Below, piece by piece: positions 1-9,320 of a DNA stretch of 64,000 nt (positions are counted from its first letter, which is position 1; every line of letters begins with the position of its first letter). The notes below the pieces were generated by a model. The model worked only from the letters and a program-made list of their open reading frames with translations, searched no databases and was not told the DNA's origin. Source of the DNA: an uncultured Alphaproteobacteria bacterium (GTDB taxonomy: Bacteria; Pseudomonadota; Alphaproteobacteria; CAAHEQ01; UBA3637); assembly GCA_944393195.1 (NCBI GenBank), contig CALXZG010000001.1, forward strand, positions 143,091-207,090. The letters run 5' to 3'. The position numbers and the translations under genes are program-made.

Positions 1-483
1 TCCGATTAAATTGGCTACCCGTGCTGCCCGCATTAAATTCATGTTCCCCGGTAAAATACTCTCATCATCGGTCACTCCTTTCGGGAAAACCATACCGTAG
101 ATAACTTGCCGCGGTGCTAGATCCGGATCCAAAATATAGGTAAATAAATAAAAATTATATGAATCAACCGTACTTCCGTAACCATCCGGAACAAATGCTT
201 TGACCTCGTCGGCAATCGCACTTGAACTGATAGCACATTGTTCAACATCACTTTGGGATGAAGCAACACATGTTCCTGACTCTAACGTCGCTTTGTCCGC
301 TTGAATATAGGCTGTTAATGCTTCTTTCATAATCCGCATTTCCGAGGCCATATTGACATTTTCCAATTCTTCATTTCGCTGCAATATCTGACGGAACAAA
401 ACCGTTCCCATTGTGCCCAACAAAGCCAGAACGGAAATGACTTCCACCATAATTGCGCCGCGTTCGTTTTTTTTTGTCATCAT
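1..483 (-). CDS. Type IV pilin-like protein (prepilin-type N-terminus), partial; the 3' end lies beyond the window start
   Basis: Minus-strand ORF runs off coordinate 1. ATG is the complement of 481-483, preceded by a GGAGG RBS (complement of ~487-493). N-terminus MMTKKNERG|AIMVEVISVLALLGTMG: short basic leader ending in Gly, Glu at +5, hydrophobic helix with Gly at +14, as in type IV pilins/pseudopilins. Not in the ORF track because it is truncated by the window edge. Confidence 0.55.
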   Translation of the reverse strand, partial: MMTKKNERGAIMVEVISVLALLGTMGTVLFRQILQRNEELENVNMASEMRIMKEALTAYIQADKATLESGTCVASSQSDVEQCAISSSAIADEVKAFVPDGYGSTVDSYNFYLFTYILDPDLAPRQVIYGMVFPKGVTDDESILPGNMNLMRAARVANLIG

Positions 484-551
484 GTTGCCTCCTCACATCC
501 CTATCTTTTTATTATATATCGTTTAACGGATTTTGTCAAATTCATCCCTCG

Positions 552-1871
552 TTAAAATCTAATACCGAAACGTTTTTTGTCTGTTTTCAGGTTTTTGCTC
601 CGTTCTTCTTCCGTTAACGCTGAATTATAAATTTTAAAGTTTGCCAATGTATTGGTTAACTCGGATAAATTTCCCTCCGAAATTAATCGGCTTTTGCTAA
701 AATTCGGTTGAGATAATGTGTCTTCCTCTATCGGACAACTCGTTAAATCAGTTGTCGCTTTCCCATTGATATATAGTATTGCGTCACTTGTATCACTCCC
801 GTTCTGGACATAGGTAAAAGAGAAGATTTTGTTGGGTACTTCGACACATCGTTTCCCGATTTTTAAATAACTGTGTTGTTCGTTTTCCAAACTGGTAACC
901 CGCTCTAAAATCATAAAAGATTGAGCGTTAGCATCGGTTAAAACGCCAATGCTTTGTATGGTGGAAGGAAGAGTCACGACCCCCGAAACCGTGAATTGAG
1001 TCGAGTTAACGGATATCTCGGCCATATCCGGCGCCGATCCGAACCAACTGCCCGCTAATAAATTAGAAGCCCCCGCTTGATGACCTGTTACGTTATTGTT
1101 AATCTTGTCCCAATGAAAAACCAAATTATCCTGAACATACGGATTGTCAAACGGACTCATGCAAAATAAAATTTCATAATTATCTAATCCGCCATCAAAC
1201 AAAGTTGCCAATTTGTTGGAAACGGGGAGGGGAACAACACCTATTGTTCGTTGCTGATTTAAATCCCCGAACGTTTTGCTTTGTCCTCCGGTTAAACGCT
1301 GTGTCGTATCAATGCTGTAATATTGTTGAATCCCGTCCGAAAATGGACCAACCAAAGAACCGCATACGGCGGATCCGCGCGTCCTTTTTAAAATAGCCTT
1401 TCGCCACGTTTCCCGGCGTTGTACATTATCAGCCCACCATAACGGTTCTAATCCATAGGTTATAATATATTGATGATCGGCATCAACACAATTGCTGGTT
1501 AAATTATCGGCATCATCATTATAACACGCAACCACGCTGGTATAACCGTCATCACTATTCTGGTTTCGCTGCATATCCGGTGTTTCGTTGATATTACCGA
1601 AAAACTCATATGTTGATCCGTGTGGCATCATAGCAATTAATGGGGCACCCGGTAACGGTGTCATCACATTATCCCCCTCGTCCGTGGTGTCTCCCGCCGA
1701 TACCTGCAACATTTGAACCATGTAATCTTTGGCTGCCTGATGTTGATTGACGAAACTTAATACCCCACTTTCTGCCCGCATAATGTCTTGTGTATATTGA
1801 TCATTTCTGGGATAAAAAGAATAGGTTAATATGCTGATAATAAAAACTAAAACCGTTGCCCAAAAAACCAT
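552..1871 (-). CDS. Membrane-anchored protein with C-terminal LamG/concanavalin A-like lectin domain; possible pilus-associated adhesin
   Basis: The ORF-track start at 1919 is TTG with no RBS; its translated KKGG is really the AAAGGAGG RBS. The true start is ATG (complement of 1869-1871), giving MVFWATVLVFIISILTYSFY, an N-terminal TM/signal anchor. C-terminus ...AILYINGKATTDL...LANFKIYNSALTEEE matches the LamG_3 jellyroll signature (compare the classic DEVRIYNRALSAAEI). Co-oriented and immediately upstream of the pilin-like gene at 1..483. Confidence 0.55.
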   Translation of the reverse strand: MVFWATVLVFIISILTYSFYPRNDQYTQDIMRAESGVLSFVNQHQAAKDYMVQMLQVSAGDTTDEGDNVMTPLPGAPLIAMMPHGSTYEFFGNINETPDMQRNQNSDDGYTSVVACYNDDADNLTSNCVDADHQYIITYGLEPLWWADNVQRRETWRKAILKRTRGSAVCGSLVGPFSDGIQQYYSIDTTQRLTGGQSKTFGDLNQQRTIGVVPLPVSNKLATLFDGGLDNYEILFCMSPFDNPYVQDNLVFHWDKINNNVTGHQAGASNLLAGSWFGSAPDMAEISVNSTQFTVSGVVTLPSTIQSIGVLTDANAQSFMILERVTSLENEQHSYLKIGKRCVEVPNKIFSFTYVQNGSDTSDAILYINGKATTDLTSCPIEEDTLSQPNFSKSRLISEGNLSELTNTLANFKIYNSALTEEERSKNLKTDKKRFGIRF

Positions 1872-1982
1872 GGTGCCTCCTTTTTTTGAAAGTTTATGAT
1901 TCTTTTGTTTTTTTTTCAAGCAAAAAATGTATTAATATGTCAAAAAGTGTTTTTGACAAAAATACGGAAAAACCTTTTGGCA

Positions 1983-2046
1983 TAAAAATATCCCCCCGAT
2001 TGATGTCGAGGGGATATTCCGTTGACGAAAAGGTTAGGCCTTTTTC
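1983..2046 (-). terminator. Tandem hairpins downstream of ppdK (minus strand), rho-independent terminator
   Basis: Minus-strand reading: GGTTAAGGC-gaaaaa-GGCCTAACC followed by TTTTCG, overlapping the ppdK stop. Then ATATCCCC-(13 nt loop)-GGGGATAT followed by TTTTTATGCC. Confidence 0.45.
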
Positions 2047-4694
2047 GCCTTAACCGCAGCCTGAGCCGCCGCTAACCGTGCAATAGGTACACGGTACGGA
2101 GAGCAAGACACGCCGTCCAAATATTGATTTAAGTATTCAATAGAGGCCGGATCACCGCCGTGTTCACCACAAATGCTCAGGTACAAATCCGCTTTGGTCG
2201 ACCGACCGGCTTTGCAAGCCATCGCCACCAACTTGCCGACACCGCTTTGATCCAAAGATTGGAACGGATCGGACGGATAAATGCCTTTTGCCACAAACGT
2301 CGGCAAGAAGCTGCCCGCATCGTCGCGGCTCATACCCAACGTTGTTTGCGTCAAATCGTTTGTCCCGAATTCAAAGAAGTCGGCGATTTCCGCAATTTCA
2401 TCGGCCAATAAAGCCGCACGCGGCAATTCAATCATCGTACCGACAAAGTATTCGATTTTTGCGCCTTTTTCCGCAAAGACTTGTTCTGCCGTCGCATCAA
2501 TGATGTTTTTGCAGATTTCCAATTCTTTCTTGGACGTAATCAAAGGCACTTCGATTTCCGGAATGACTTTGATACCTTTGGCCGCAACATCCAAAGCCGC
2601 TTCAATGATCGCCCGTGTCTGCATTTCACAGATTTCCGGGTAAACAATGGCTAAACGGCATCCGCGCAGACCCAACATCGGGTTGGCTTCATGTAATTGG
2701 TGCGTCCGGGCAATGATTTCATCCACGGAAATACCCATTTCTTTCGCGATTTCTTCTTGTTCTGAACGTTTGTTCGGCAAGAATTCATGCAACGGCGGAT
2801 CCAACAAACGGATTGTCACCGGCAGACCGTCCATGATTGAGAACAAATCAACAAAGTCTTGACGTTGATACGGCAATAATTTGGCCAAAGCTTTCCGACG
2901 GTCGGCTTCGTTGTTCGCCAAAATCATTTCACGCATGTGGTTGATACGGCTCGGATCAAAGAACATGTGTTCCGTCCGGCACAAACCGATACCTTCCGCA
3001 CCGAACATCTTGGCCGTTTTGGCATCCGTCGGTGTTTCGGCGTTGGCACGTACGCGCAGTTTGCGAATGCTGTCAACCCATCCCATGAATTCGCCGAAGT
3101 CACCGGCCATTTCCGGAACAACCAATTTCAAAGCCCCGGCCATCACTTGACCCGTCGTACCGTCAATCGAAATCATGTCGCCGGCTTTCAAAGTCACATT
3201 GTCAACCGTCAAAGTTTGAGCGGCGTAGTCAATGCGCAGGTTAGGAACACCGGAAACGCACGGCTTACCCATACCGCGGGCAACCACCGCTGCGTGTGAT
3301 GTCATACCGCCACGGGCCGTTAAAATACCTTGGGATACATGCATACCGGCAATGTCTTCCGGAGATGTTTCCACGCGAACCAAGACGACTTTGCGTCCTT
3401 CTTCGGCAGCCTTTTCCGCATCTTCGGCCGAGAAAACAATTTCACCGACCGCGGCACCCGGAGAAGCCGGCAAACCTGTCGCAATAACGTCTTTTTTCGC
3501 GTTCTTGTCAAACATCGGGTGCAATAATTGATCTAATTGAGCCGCTTCAACACGTAAAACAGCCGTTTCTTTGTCAATTAAGCCTTCACGAACCATGTCG
3601 ACCGCAATTTTCAGAGCTGCCGTCCCCGTCCGTTTTCCGTTGCGGGTCTGCAACATCCACAATTTACCGTCTTGAATCGTGAATTCCATGTCTTGCATGT
3701 CTTTGTAGTGCGCTTCCAATTTGGCGCGAATATCACACAATTCTTTGAACAAAGCCGGGAATTCTTCTTCCATGCACGGCAGTTCCATACCACGCCGTTC
3801 TTTGACAAGCTTTGTCATCGGTTGCGGCGTCCGAATACCGGCCACCACGTCTTCGCCTTGCGCGTTCTTTAAATATTCACCATAGAAATAGTTTTCACCG
3901 GTCGCCGGATCGCGGGAGAAGCATACACCCGTTGCCGAGTTATCGCCCGAGTTCCCGAACACCATGGTTTGAACGTTGACGGCTGTACCCCAATCGCCCG
4001 GAATATTGTTGAGCTTCCGATAGTAAATCGCCCGTTCCACCATCCAAGAACCGAAAACGGCGCCAATACCGCCCCACAATTGTTCCATCGGATCTTGCGG
4101 CAACGGATGACCGTCATCTTCACAAATCTTTTTGAATTGTTCCACAACGTCTTTCAATTGTTCAACCGTCATTTGGTTGTCGAATTGATAGCCGTTTGTT
4201 TCACGAACGTGATCCAATACATGTTCAAATTTGTGAGAATCCACACCCATCACAACGTCGCCGTACATTTGGATAAAACGACGATAGCTGTCATAAGCGA
4301 ATTTTTCATTGCCGGAAATCTTGGCTAAACCTTTAACCGTTTCATCGTTCAAGCCCAAGTTTAAAACCGTATCCATCATACCCGGCATGGAAACGCGGGC
4401 ACCGGAACGAACCGAGAATAACAACGGGTTTTCGGTATCACCGAATTTTTTGCCCATTTTGGCTTCAATACCGGCCAAAGCCGCCAAGACCTGATCCTTT
4501 AATTCCGTCGGATAGGAATGATTGTTTTCATAATAATATGTACAAACTTCTGTTGTGATCGTGAACCCCGGAGGTACCGGAACACCGACCCGGCACATTT
4601 CCGCCAGGTTGGCCCCTTTACCGCCCAACAGGTTGCGCATGCTGGCATCGCCTTCTGCCGCGCCGTCACCAAAAGTATAAACCCATTTTGTCAT
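2034..4694 (-). CDS. ppdK: Pyruvate, phosphate dikinase
   Basis: 886 aa. N-terminus MTKWVYTFGDG...GGKGANLAEM...VPPGFTITTE, the PEP-utilising His domain, and the C-terminal PEP/pyruvate-binding TIM barrel are all recognisable across the full length. Confidence 0.95.
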   Translation of the reverse strand: MTKWVYTFGDGAAEGDASMRNLLGGKGANLAEMCRVGVPVPPGFTITTEVCTYYYENNHSYPTELKDQVLAALAGIEAKMGKKFGDTENPLLFSVRSGARVSMPGMMDTVLNLGLNDETVKGLAKISGNEKFAYDSYRRFIQMYGDVVMGVDSHKFEHVLDHVRETNGYQFDNQMTVEQLKDVVEQFKKICEDDGHPLPQDPMEQLWGGIGAVFGSWMVERAIYYRKLNNIPGDWGTAVNVQTMVFGNSGDNSATGVCFSRDPATGENYFYGEYLKNAQGEDVVAGIRTPQPMTKLVKERRGMELPCMEEEFPALFKELCDIRAKLEAHYKDMQDMEFTIQDGKLWMLQTRNGKRTGTAALKIAVDMVREGLIDKETAVLRVEAAQLDQLLHPMFDKNAKKDVIATGLPASPGAAVGEIVFSAEDAEKAAEEGRKVVLVRVETSPEDIAGMHVSQGILTARGGMTSHAAVVARGMGKPCVSGVPNLRIDYAAQTLTVDNVTLKAGDMISIDGTTGQVMAGALKLVVPEMAGDFGEFMGWVDSIRKLRVRANAETPTDAKTAKMFGAEGIGLCRTEHMFFDPSRINHMREMILANNEADRRKALAKLLPYQRQDFVDLFSIMDGLPVTIRLLDPPLHEFLPNKRSEQEEIAKEMGISVDEIIARTHQLHEANPMLGLRGCRLAIVYPEICEMQTRAIIEAALDVAAKGIKVIPEIEVPLITSKKELEICKNIIDATAEQVFAEKGAKIEYFVGTMIELPRAALLADEIAEIADFFEFGTNDLTQTTLGMSRDDAGSFLPTFVAKGIYPSDPFQSLDQSGVGKLVAMACKAGRSTKADLYLSICGEHGGDPASIEYLNQYLDGVSCSPYRVPIARLAAAQAAVKAKKA

Positions 4695-4989
4695 TCATTT
4701 ATTCCTTTGTTTTTTTCTGTTGAATTAATAAAAACCACGCTTGTTCGTGGAAAAATGCTTTTTTTACTCCATTCCTCTATCACTTTTTAAAACCGAATGC
4801 AAGCGTTTTTTGCATTTTCTTCTTTTTTATGATGTTCTTTTTCCGTTTGCTTTGCTTGCCAAGCCTCTTGGTATAACCAAAAAACGAAAATTTTTCATCA
4901 AAACTGTTTTTTTTCTTTCCTTTTTGTGAAAAACAATGCTATATAAAAAAATCAAATTAACATGACTCAAAAAAAGGTGAGGGGAGAAT

Positions 4990-7245
4990 ATGGGACTGAT
5001 TTTGGAAACCAATCTTGTTAACGCTATTGCCGAAGGTGGATACCGTGGCGACCCGTTTGCGGTTCTTGGCATGCATCAGGGACAGGATGCCGAAGGGAAA
5101 AACGGCCTCTATATCCGAACTTTTCAGCCGCAGGCTGCTCAGGTTGAAGTGATTCGAACGGATACCAATCAATCCCTTGGTCTGATGCGGCGCGTTCATC
5201 CCGCCGGCCTGTTTCAATTGGATATTTGGGAGGAAATGACCTTTTTCCCCTATATCTTTAAGATAACACTTTCCGCCGGTCAATCGTATATGGCCGAAGA
5301 TCCCTATCGCTTTTGGCCCGTTCTCGGGGAATTGGATTTGTATCTGTACGGCGAAGGAAATCATTTACAGATTTATGATAAGCTTGGTGCCCACCTGATG
5401 ACGCATCAGGGTGTTGATGGTGTTCTGTTTGCCGTTTGGGCCCCGAATGCTAAACGCGTCAGTGTTGTCGGCACCTTTAATGATTGGGATGGTCGCCGGC
5501 ATATGATGCGCCCGCGCGGCAGTTCCGGCATTTGGGAATTGTTTGTCCCCGGTTTAAAAGAATGGGATATGTATAAATATGAGTTGATCGGGGCGGACGA
5601 TCGGCTATTGCCTTTGAAATCCGATCCGTTCGGTTTTGCATTTGAAATGCGTCCCAAAACAGGCACTCTGGTCTTTGATACGTCAAAGTATCAGTGGCAA
5701 GATGCCGATTGGTTGAAAGGGCGTCGCGCCGAAGCCAATGACTGGCGCCGCCCGATTTCCGTTTACGAGGTTCATTTAGGTTCGTGGCGTCGTAACAGTC
5801 TGGAAAATAATCGTTGGTTGACATACCGCGAAATGGCGCGTGAGTTACCGGCTTATTTGGTGGAAATGGGCTTTACGCATGTGGAATTTTTACCGTTGGC
5901 CGAATACCCGTTCGATGGTTCATGGGGATATCAGGTAACCGGTATGTTCGCACCGACAAGCCGTTACGGTACCCCCGATGATTTTAAATACCTGATCGAT
6001 GCCCTACATCAGGCCGGTATCGGTGTCATTATGGATTGGGTGCCCGCCCATTTCCCGCGTGATGCTTTCGGTTTAGCGCAATTCGACGGTACCGCTTTGT
6101 ATGAACATGCCGATCCTCGGAAAGGTGAACATAAAGACTGGGGAACAAAAATTTATAACTATGGCCGGAACGAAGTTGCCAACTTTTTAATCGCTAATGC
6201 GTTATTCTGGATTAAAGAATACCATATTGACGCATTGCGCGTGGATGCGGTGGCCAGTATGCTCTACCTCGATTATTCCCGTAAGGAAGGCGAATGGATT
6301 CCCAACGAATTCGGCGGCCGTGAAAATTTGGAAGCCATCGCTTTCTTGCGTCGCCTGAACGAAGTTGTTTTTGCCGAAGGGCAGGGGGCTACGACTTTTG
6401 CGGAAGAATCCACTGCTTGGCCGATGGTTTCGCGCCCGACCTATGTTGGCGGTTTGGGTTTTGGTTATAAATGGAATATGGGCTGGATGCATGATACCCT
6501 GCATTACATGAGCGAAAACCCCATTCACCGTAAATATCATCATAATGAGTTGACATTTAGTTTGTTGTACGCGTTTACGGAAAATTTCGCACTGCCGTTA
6601 TCGCATGACGAAGTCGTCCACGGTAAAGGCCCGATGTTGGATAAAATGCCCGGGGATGAATGGCAAAAGTTTGCTAACCTGCGCTTGTATTACAGCTATA
6701 TGTTTATGCATCCCGGTAAAAAATTGCTCTTTATGGGTAATGAATTGGCCGCACGAACCGAATGGCGCTTTGCCGATAGTCTGGACTGGGATTTATTGAA
6801 AAATACCAATCATAAAGGTATCCAAAAACTGATACGGGATCTGAATACCCTGTATCGGGAAACGCCCGCACTCTATGAAATGGATTGTGAAGGCAGCGGC
6901 TTTGAATGGATTGACGGTAACGATTTTGAAAACTCCTGCTTTACATTTATCCGACACGGTAAAAGGCCCGAGGATACCTTGGTCGTTGCCTGTAATTTTA
7001 CGCCAGTGCCGCGCTATAACTACCGCATTGGTGTCAACGAATCCGGTCTGTATGAAGAAGTCTTTAATTCGGACGCGCCGATTTACGGCGGCTCCGGTGT
7101 TGGTAATGCAGGCACCATTCAAACCGAAGCTCCCGGTTGGAACTTTAAAGAATTCGCTTTACAGGTTGTTTTACCGCCATTGTCCGTTGTGTGCTTCCGT
7201 TTGAAAGAAGCCGGTTCCTCTCGACGGCGGGATATGCCCCTCTGA
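4990..7245 (+). CDS. glgB: 1,4-alpha-glucan branching enzyme
   Basis: 751 aa with GH13 catalytic motifs (YEVHLGSWRR, GIGVIMDWVPAHF, DALRVDAVASM). RBS AAAGGTGAGGGGAG precedes ATG 4990. Confidence 0.95.
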   Translation: MGLILETNLVNAIAEGGYRGDPFAVLGMHQGQDAEGKNGLYIRTFQPQAAQVEVIRTDTNQSLGLMRRVHPAGLFQLDIWEEMTFFPYIFKITLSAGQSYMAEDPYRFWPVLGELDLYLYGEGNHLQIYDKLGAHLMTHQGVDGVLFAVWAPNAKRVSVVGTFNDWDGRRHMMRPRGSSGIWELFVPGLKEWDMYKYELIGADDRLLPLKSDPFGFAFEMRPKTGTLVFDTSKYQWQDADWLKGRRAEANDWRRPISVYEVHLGSWRRNSLENNRWLTYREMARELPAYLVEMGFTHVEFLPLAEYPFDGSWGYQVTGMFAPTSRYGTPDDFKYLIDALHQAGIGVIMDWVPAHFPRDAFGLAQFDGTALYEHADPRKGEHKDWGTKIYNYGRNEVANFLIANALFWIKEYHIDALRVDAVASMLYLDYSRKEGEWIPNEFGGRENLEAIAFLRRLNEVVFAEGQGATTFAEESTAWPMVSRPTYVGGLGFGYKWNMGWMHDTLHYMSENPIHRKYHHNELTFSLLYAFTENFALPLSHDEVVHGKGPMLDKMPGDEWQKFANLRLYYSYMFMHPGKKLLFMGNELAARTEWRFADSLDWDLLKNTNHKGIQKLIRDLNTLYRETPALYEMDCEGSGFEWIDGNDFENSCFTFIRHGKRPEDTLVVACNFTPVPRYNYRIGVNESGLYEEVFNSDAPIYGGSGVGNAGTIQTEAPGWNFKEFALQVVLPPLSVVCFRLKEAGSSRRRDMPL

Positions 7246-7271
7246 TTCTCTTCCGGGAAAGGAAAAGTGAT

Positions 7272-9320
7272 ATGAGCATAAAAACAGAATTGGAAGTCTT
7301 GCCCGGCCTGCCGTATCCGTTAGGCGCGAACTTTGACGGTAACGGGGTTAATTTTGCTGTTTTTTCGGCGCACGCCGATCGGGTACAACTTTGCCTGTTT
7401 AATCAAAATGGTCATGGGGAAACCCATATTGATTTGCCGAAATATACCGACGAAGTTTTTCATGGCTATATTAAAGGCTTAAAACCGGGACAGTTGTACG
7501 GCTATCGTGTCTATGGTCCGTATGATCCCGAAAAAGGTCACCGCTTTAATCCGCATAAATTGTTGATAGATCCGTATGCCCGTATGTTGACGGGACCCGT
7601 TATCTCCCATAACAGTATGTTGGGCTACCGCCCCGGTTCGCCACAAGCCGACCTGTCTTTCAGCCGGACAAACTCCGCCCCCTATGTGCCGAAATGCGTT
7701 GTGGTCGATGATGCCGATTTTGATTGGGGAGATGCCAAACAACCGAAAACGCCATGGAGCGAAGAAGTCATTTACGAAACCCATGTCAAAAGTTTTACCG
7801 CCCTGAATCCCGATGTGGATAAAGCGTTGCGCGGTACCTGTGCGGGTATGTCCACGCCGGGTGTGATTAATTATTTAAAAAGTTTGCACATCTCATCGGT
7901 TGAATTGTTGCCGACAGCCGCTTTTATGACAAACGGTTTTCTGTTGGATAAAAATTTAACAAATTATTGGGGATACGATCCGATTGCCTTTATGGCGCCG
8001 CACGCCCCCTACCTGTCATCTCATCGCTTGGCCGAGCTGAAACAGATGGTACGTGTGTTTCATGAAGCCGGTATCGAGGTCATTTTAGACGTTGTTTATA
8101 ATCATACGGGCGAAGGCAACCATATGGGACAAACTCTGTGCTACCGCGGCATTGATAACGCCGTTTACTATCGTTTGAATAAGGAAAATCCCCGCTATTA
8201 TGACGATACAACCGGTTGTGGCAATTCCTTTAATCTGGATCATCCTCGTGCTTTACAATTAGTCATGGATTCTTTGCGCTATTGGGCTGAAAAAGTACAA
8301 ATCGACGGTTTTCGGTTCGACTTGGCAACAACGTTGGCGCGCGACGATAATAACCAGTATACCATTAACAGCGATTTTTTGGCAACCGTTCAACAAGACC
8401 CCACCTTGCAACGCCTGAAATTGATTGCCGAACCATGGGATCTTGGTTGGGGCGGCTATCAGGTCGGCTCTTTCCGCCCCGGTTGGGCCGAATGGAACGA
8501 TAAATTTCGTGATGTTGTCCGCCGTTTTTGGAAAGGCGATTTCGGTCAGGCTGCCGAATTTGCCAGCCGTTGGACCGGTTCTTCGGATGTCTATGACAAT
8601 AGAGGTCGCAAACCCTGGGAAAGCGTTAATTTTGTGACGGCACATGATGGTTTTACTTTGTGGGATTTGGTATCCTATAACCAAAAACATAACGAAGCTA
8701 ACGGGGAAGAAAACCGTGACGGCAATGACCATAACCATTCATGGAATAGTGGTGTTGAAGGGGATACCGATGACGATGCCGTTCTACGCCTGCGGCTGGC
8801 TCGCGCCAAAGCCATGATGGCTACCTTGTTGCTTTCGTTCGGAACACCCATGCTTCGCGGCGGGGATGAAGTCTGTCAAACCGCACAAGGTAACAATAAT
8901 ACCTATGCCCAAGATAACGCGTATTCATGGCTTGATTGGACGCGTGTGTCTCCGGCCGGTGAAAGTATGTATGTTTTTGTGGAAAAAATTATGTCTTTCC
9001 GCCGACAATACGCATCGGTTTGGAACGATGATTTTCTGACATCCGATACCTGTGTCTGGTTTCGACCGGATGGTCAACCGATGCAAGACACGGATTGGGA
9101 AGGCTATGTACGCGCTTTGTCCTGCCGGATTAGCAATACCGATACTGTCCCGCCGATGTTTTTTGCGTTCAATGCCACCGAAACGGCTATGGATTGGCAT
9201 CTGCCTTCCGGCCAATGGCATATCGCACTGGATACTTCCGATATCGCGACACAGGCCGATCGGATTTTGAAACTACCGGCGTGGAGTGTTGTCGTGCTGG
9301 TACAGGAGGTACAATCATGA
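7272..9320 (+). CDS. glgX: Glycogen debranching enzyme
   Basis: GH13_11 isoamylase-type. Start moved from the ORF-track 7191 to ATG 7272 (MSIKTELEVLPGLPYPLGANFDGNGVNFAVFS), which is the conserved GlgX N-terminus and has an upstream RBS. Confidence 0.9.
   Translation: MSIKTELEVLPGLPYPLGANFDGNGVNFAVFSAHADRVQLCLFNQNGHGETHIDLPKYTDEVFHGYIKGLKPGQLYGYRVYGPYDPEKGHRFNPHKLLIDPYARMLTGPVISHNSMLGYRPGSPQADLSFSRTNSAPYVPKCVVVDDADFDWGDAKQPKTPWSEEVIYETHVKSFTALNPDVDKALRGTCAGMSTPGVINYLKSLHISSVELLPTAAFMTNGFLLDKNLTNYWGYDPIAFMAPHAPYLSSHRLAELKQMVRVFHEAGIEVILDVVYNHTGEGNHMGQTLCYRGIDNAVYYRLNKENPRYYDDTTGCGNSFNLDHPRALQLVMDSLRYWAEKVQIDGFRFDLATTLARDDNNQYTINSDFLATVQQDPTLQRLKLIAEPWDLGWGGYQVGSFRPGWAEWNDKFRDVVRRFWKGDFGQAAEFASRWTGSSDVYDNRGRKPWESVNFVTAHDGFTLWDLVSYNQKHNEANGEENRDGNDHNHSWNSGVEGDTDDDAVLRLRLARAKAMMATLLLSFGTPMLRGGDEVCQTAQGNNNTYAQDNAYSWLDWTRVSPAGESMYVFVEKIMSFRRQYASVWNDDFLTSDTCVWFRPDGQPMQDTDWEGYVRALSCRISNTDTVPPMFFAFNATETAMDWHLPSGQWHIALDTSDIATQADRILKLPAWSVVVLVQEVQS

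Noticed and set aside
2924-4328. Multiple 60-135-aa ORFs inside and antisense to ppdK, glgB, RND and other large genes
   Set aside because: They are embedded in strongly supported long CDSs and have no RBS or recognisable motifs. Typical shadow ORFs.
7191-9316. Long N-terminal extensions in ORF-track models (glgX 7191, malQ 9194, hflX 12211, ABC-F 16251, MATE to 16421, pgi to 56496, amidase to 36027, 19178, 52225)
   Set aside because: The extensions lack RBS, overlap upstream genes or promoters, and precede conserved family N-termini found at internal ATGs. Starts were re-set accordingly.
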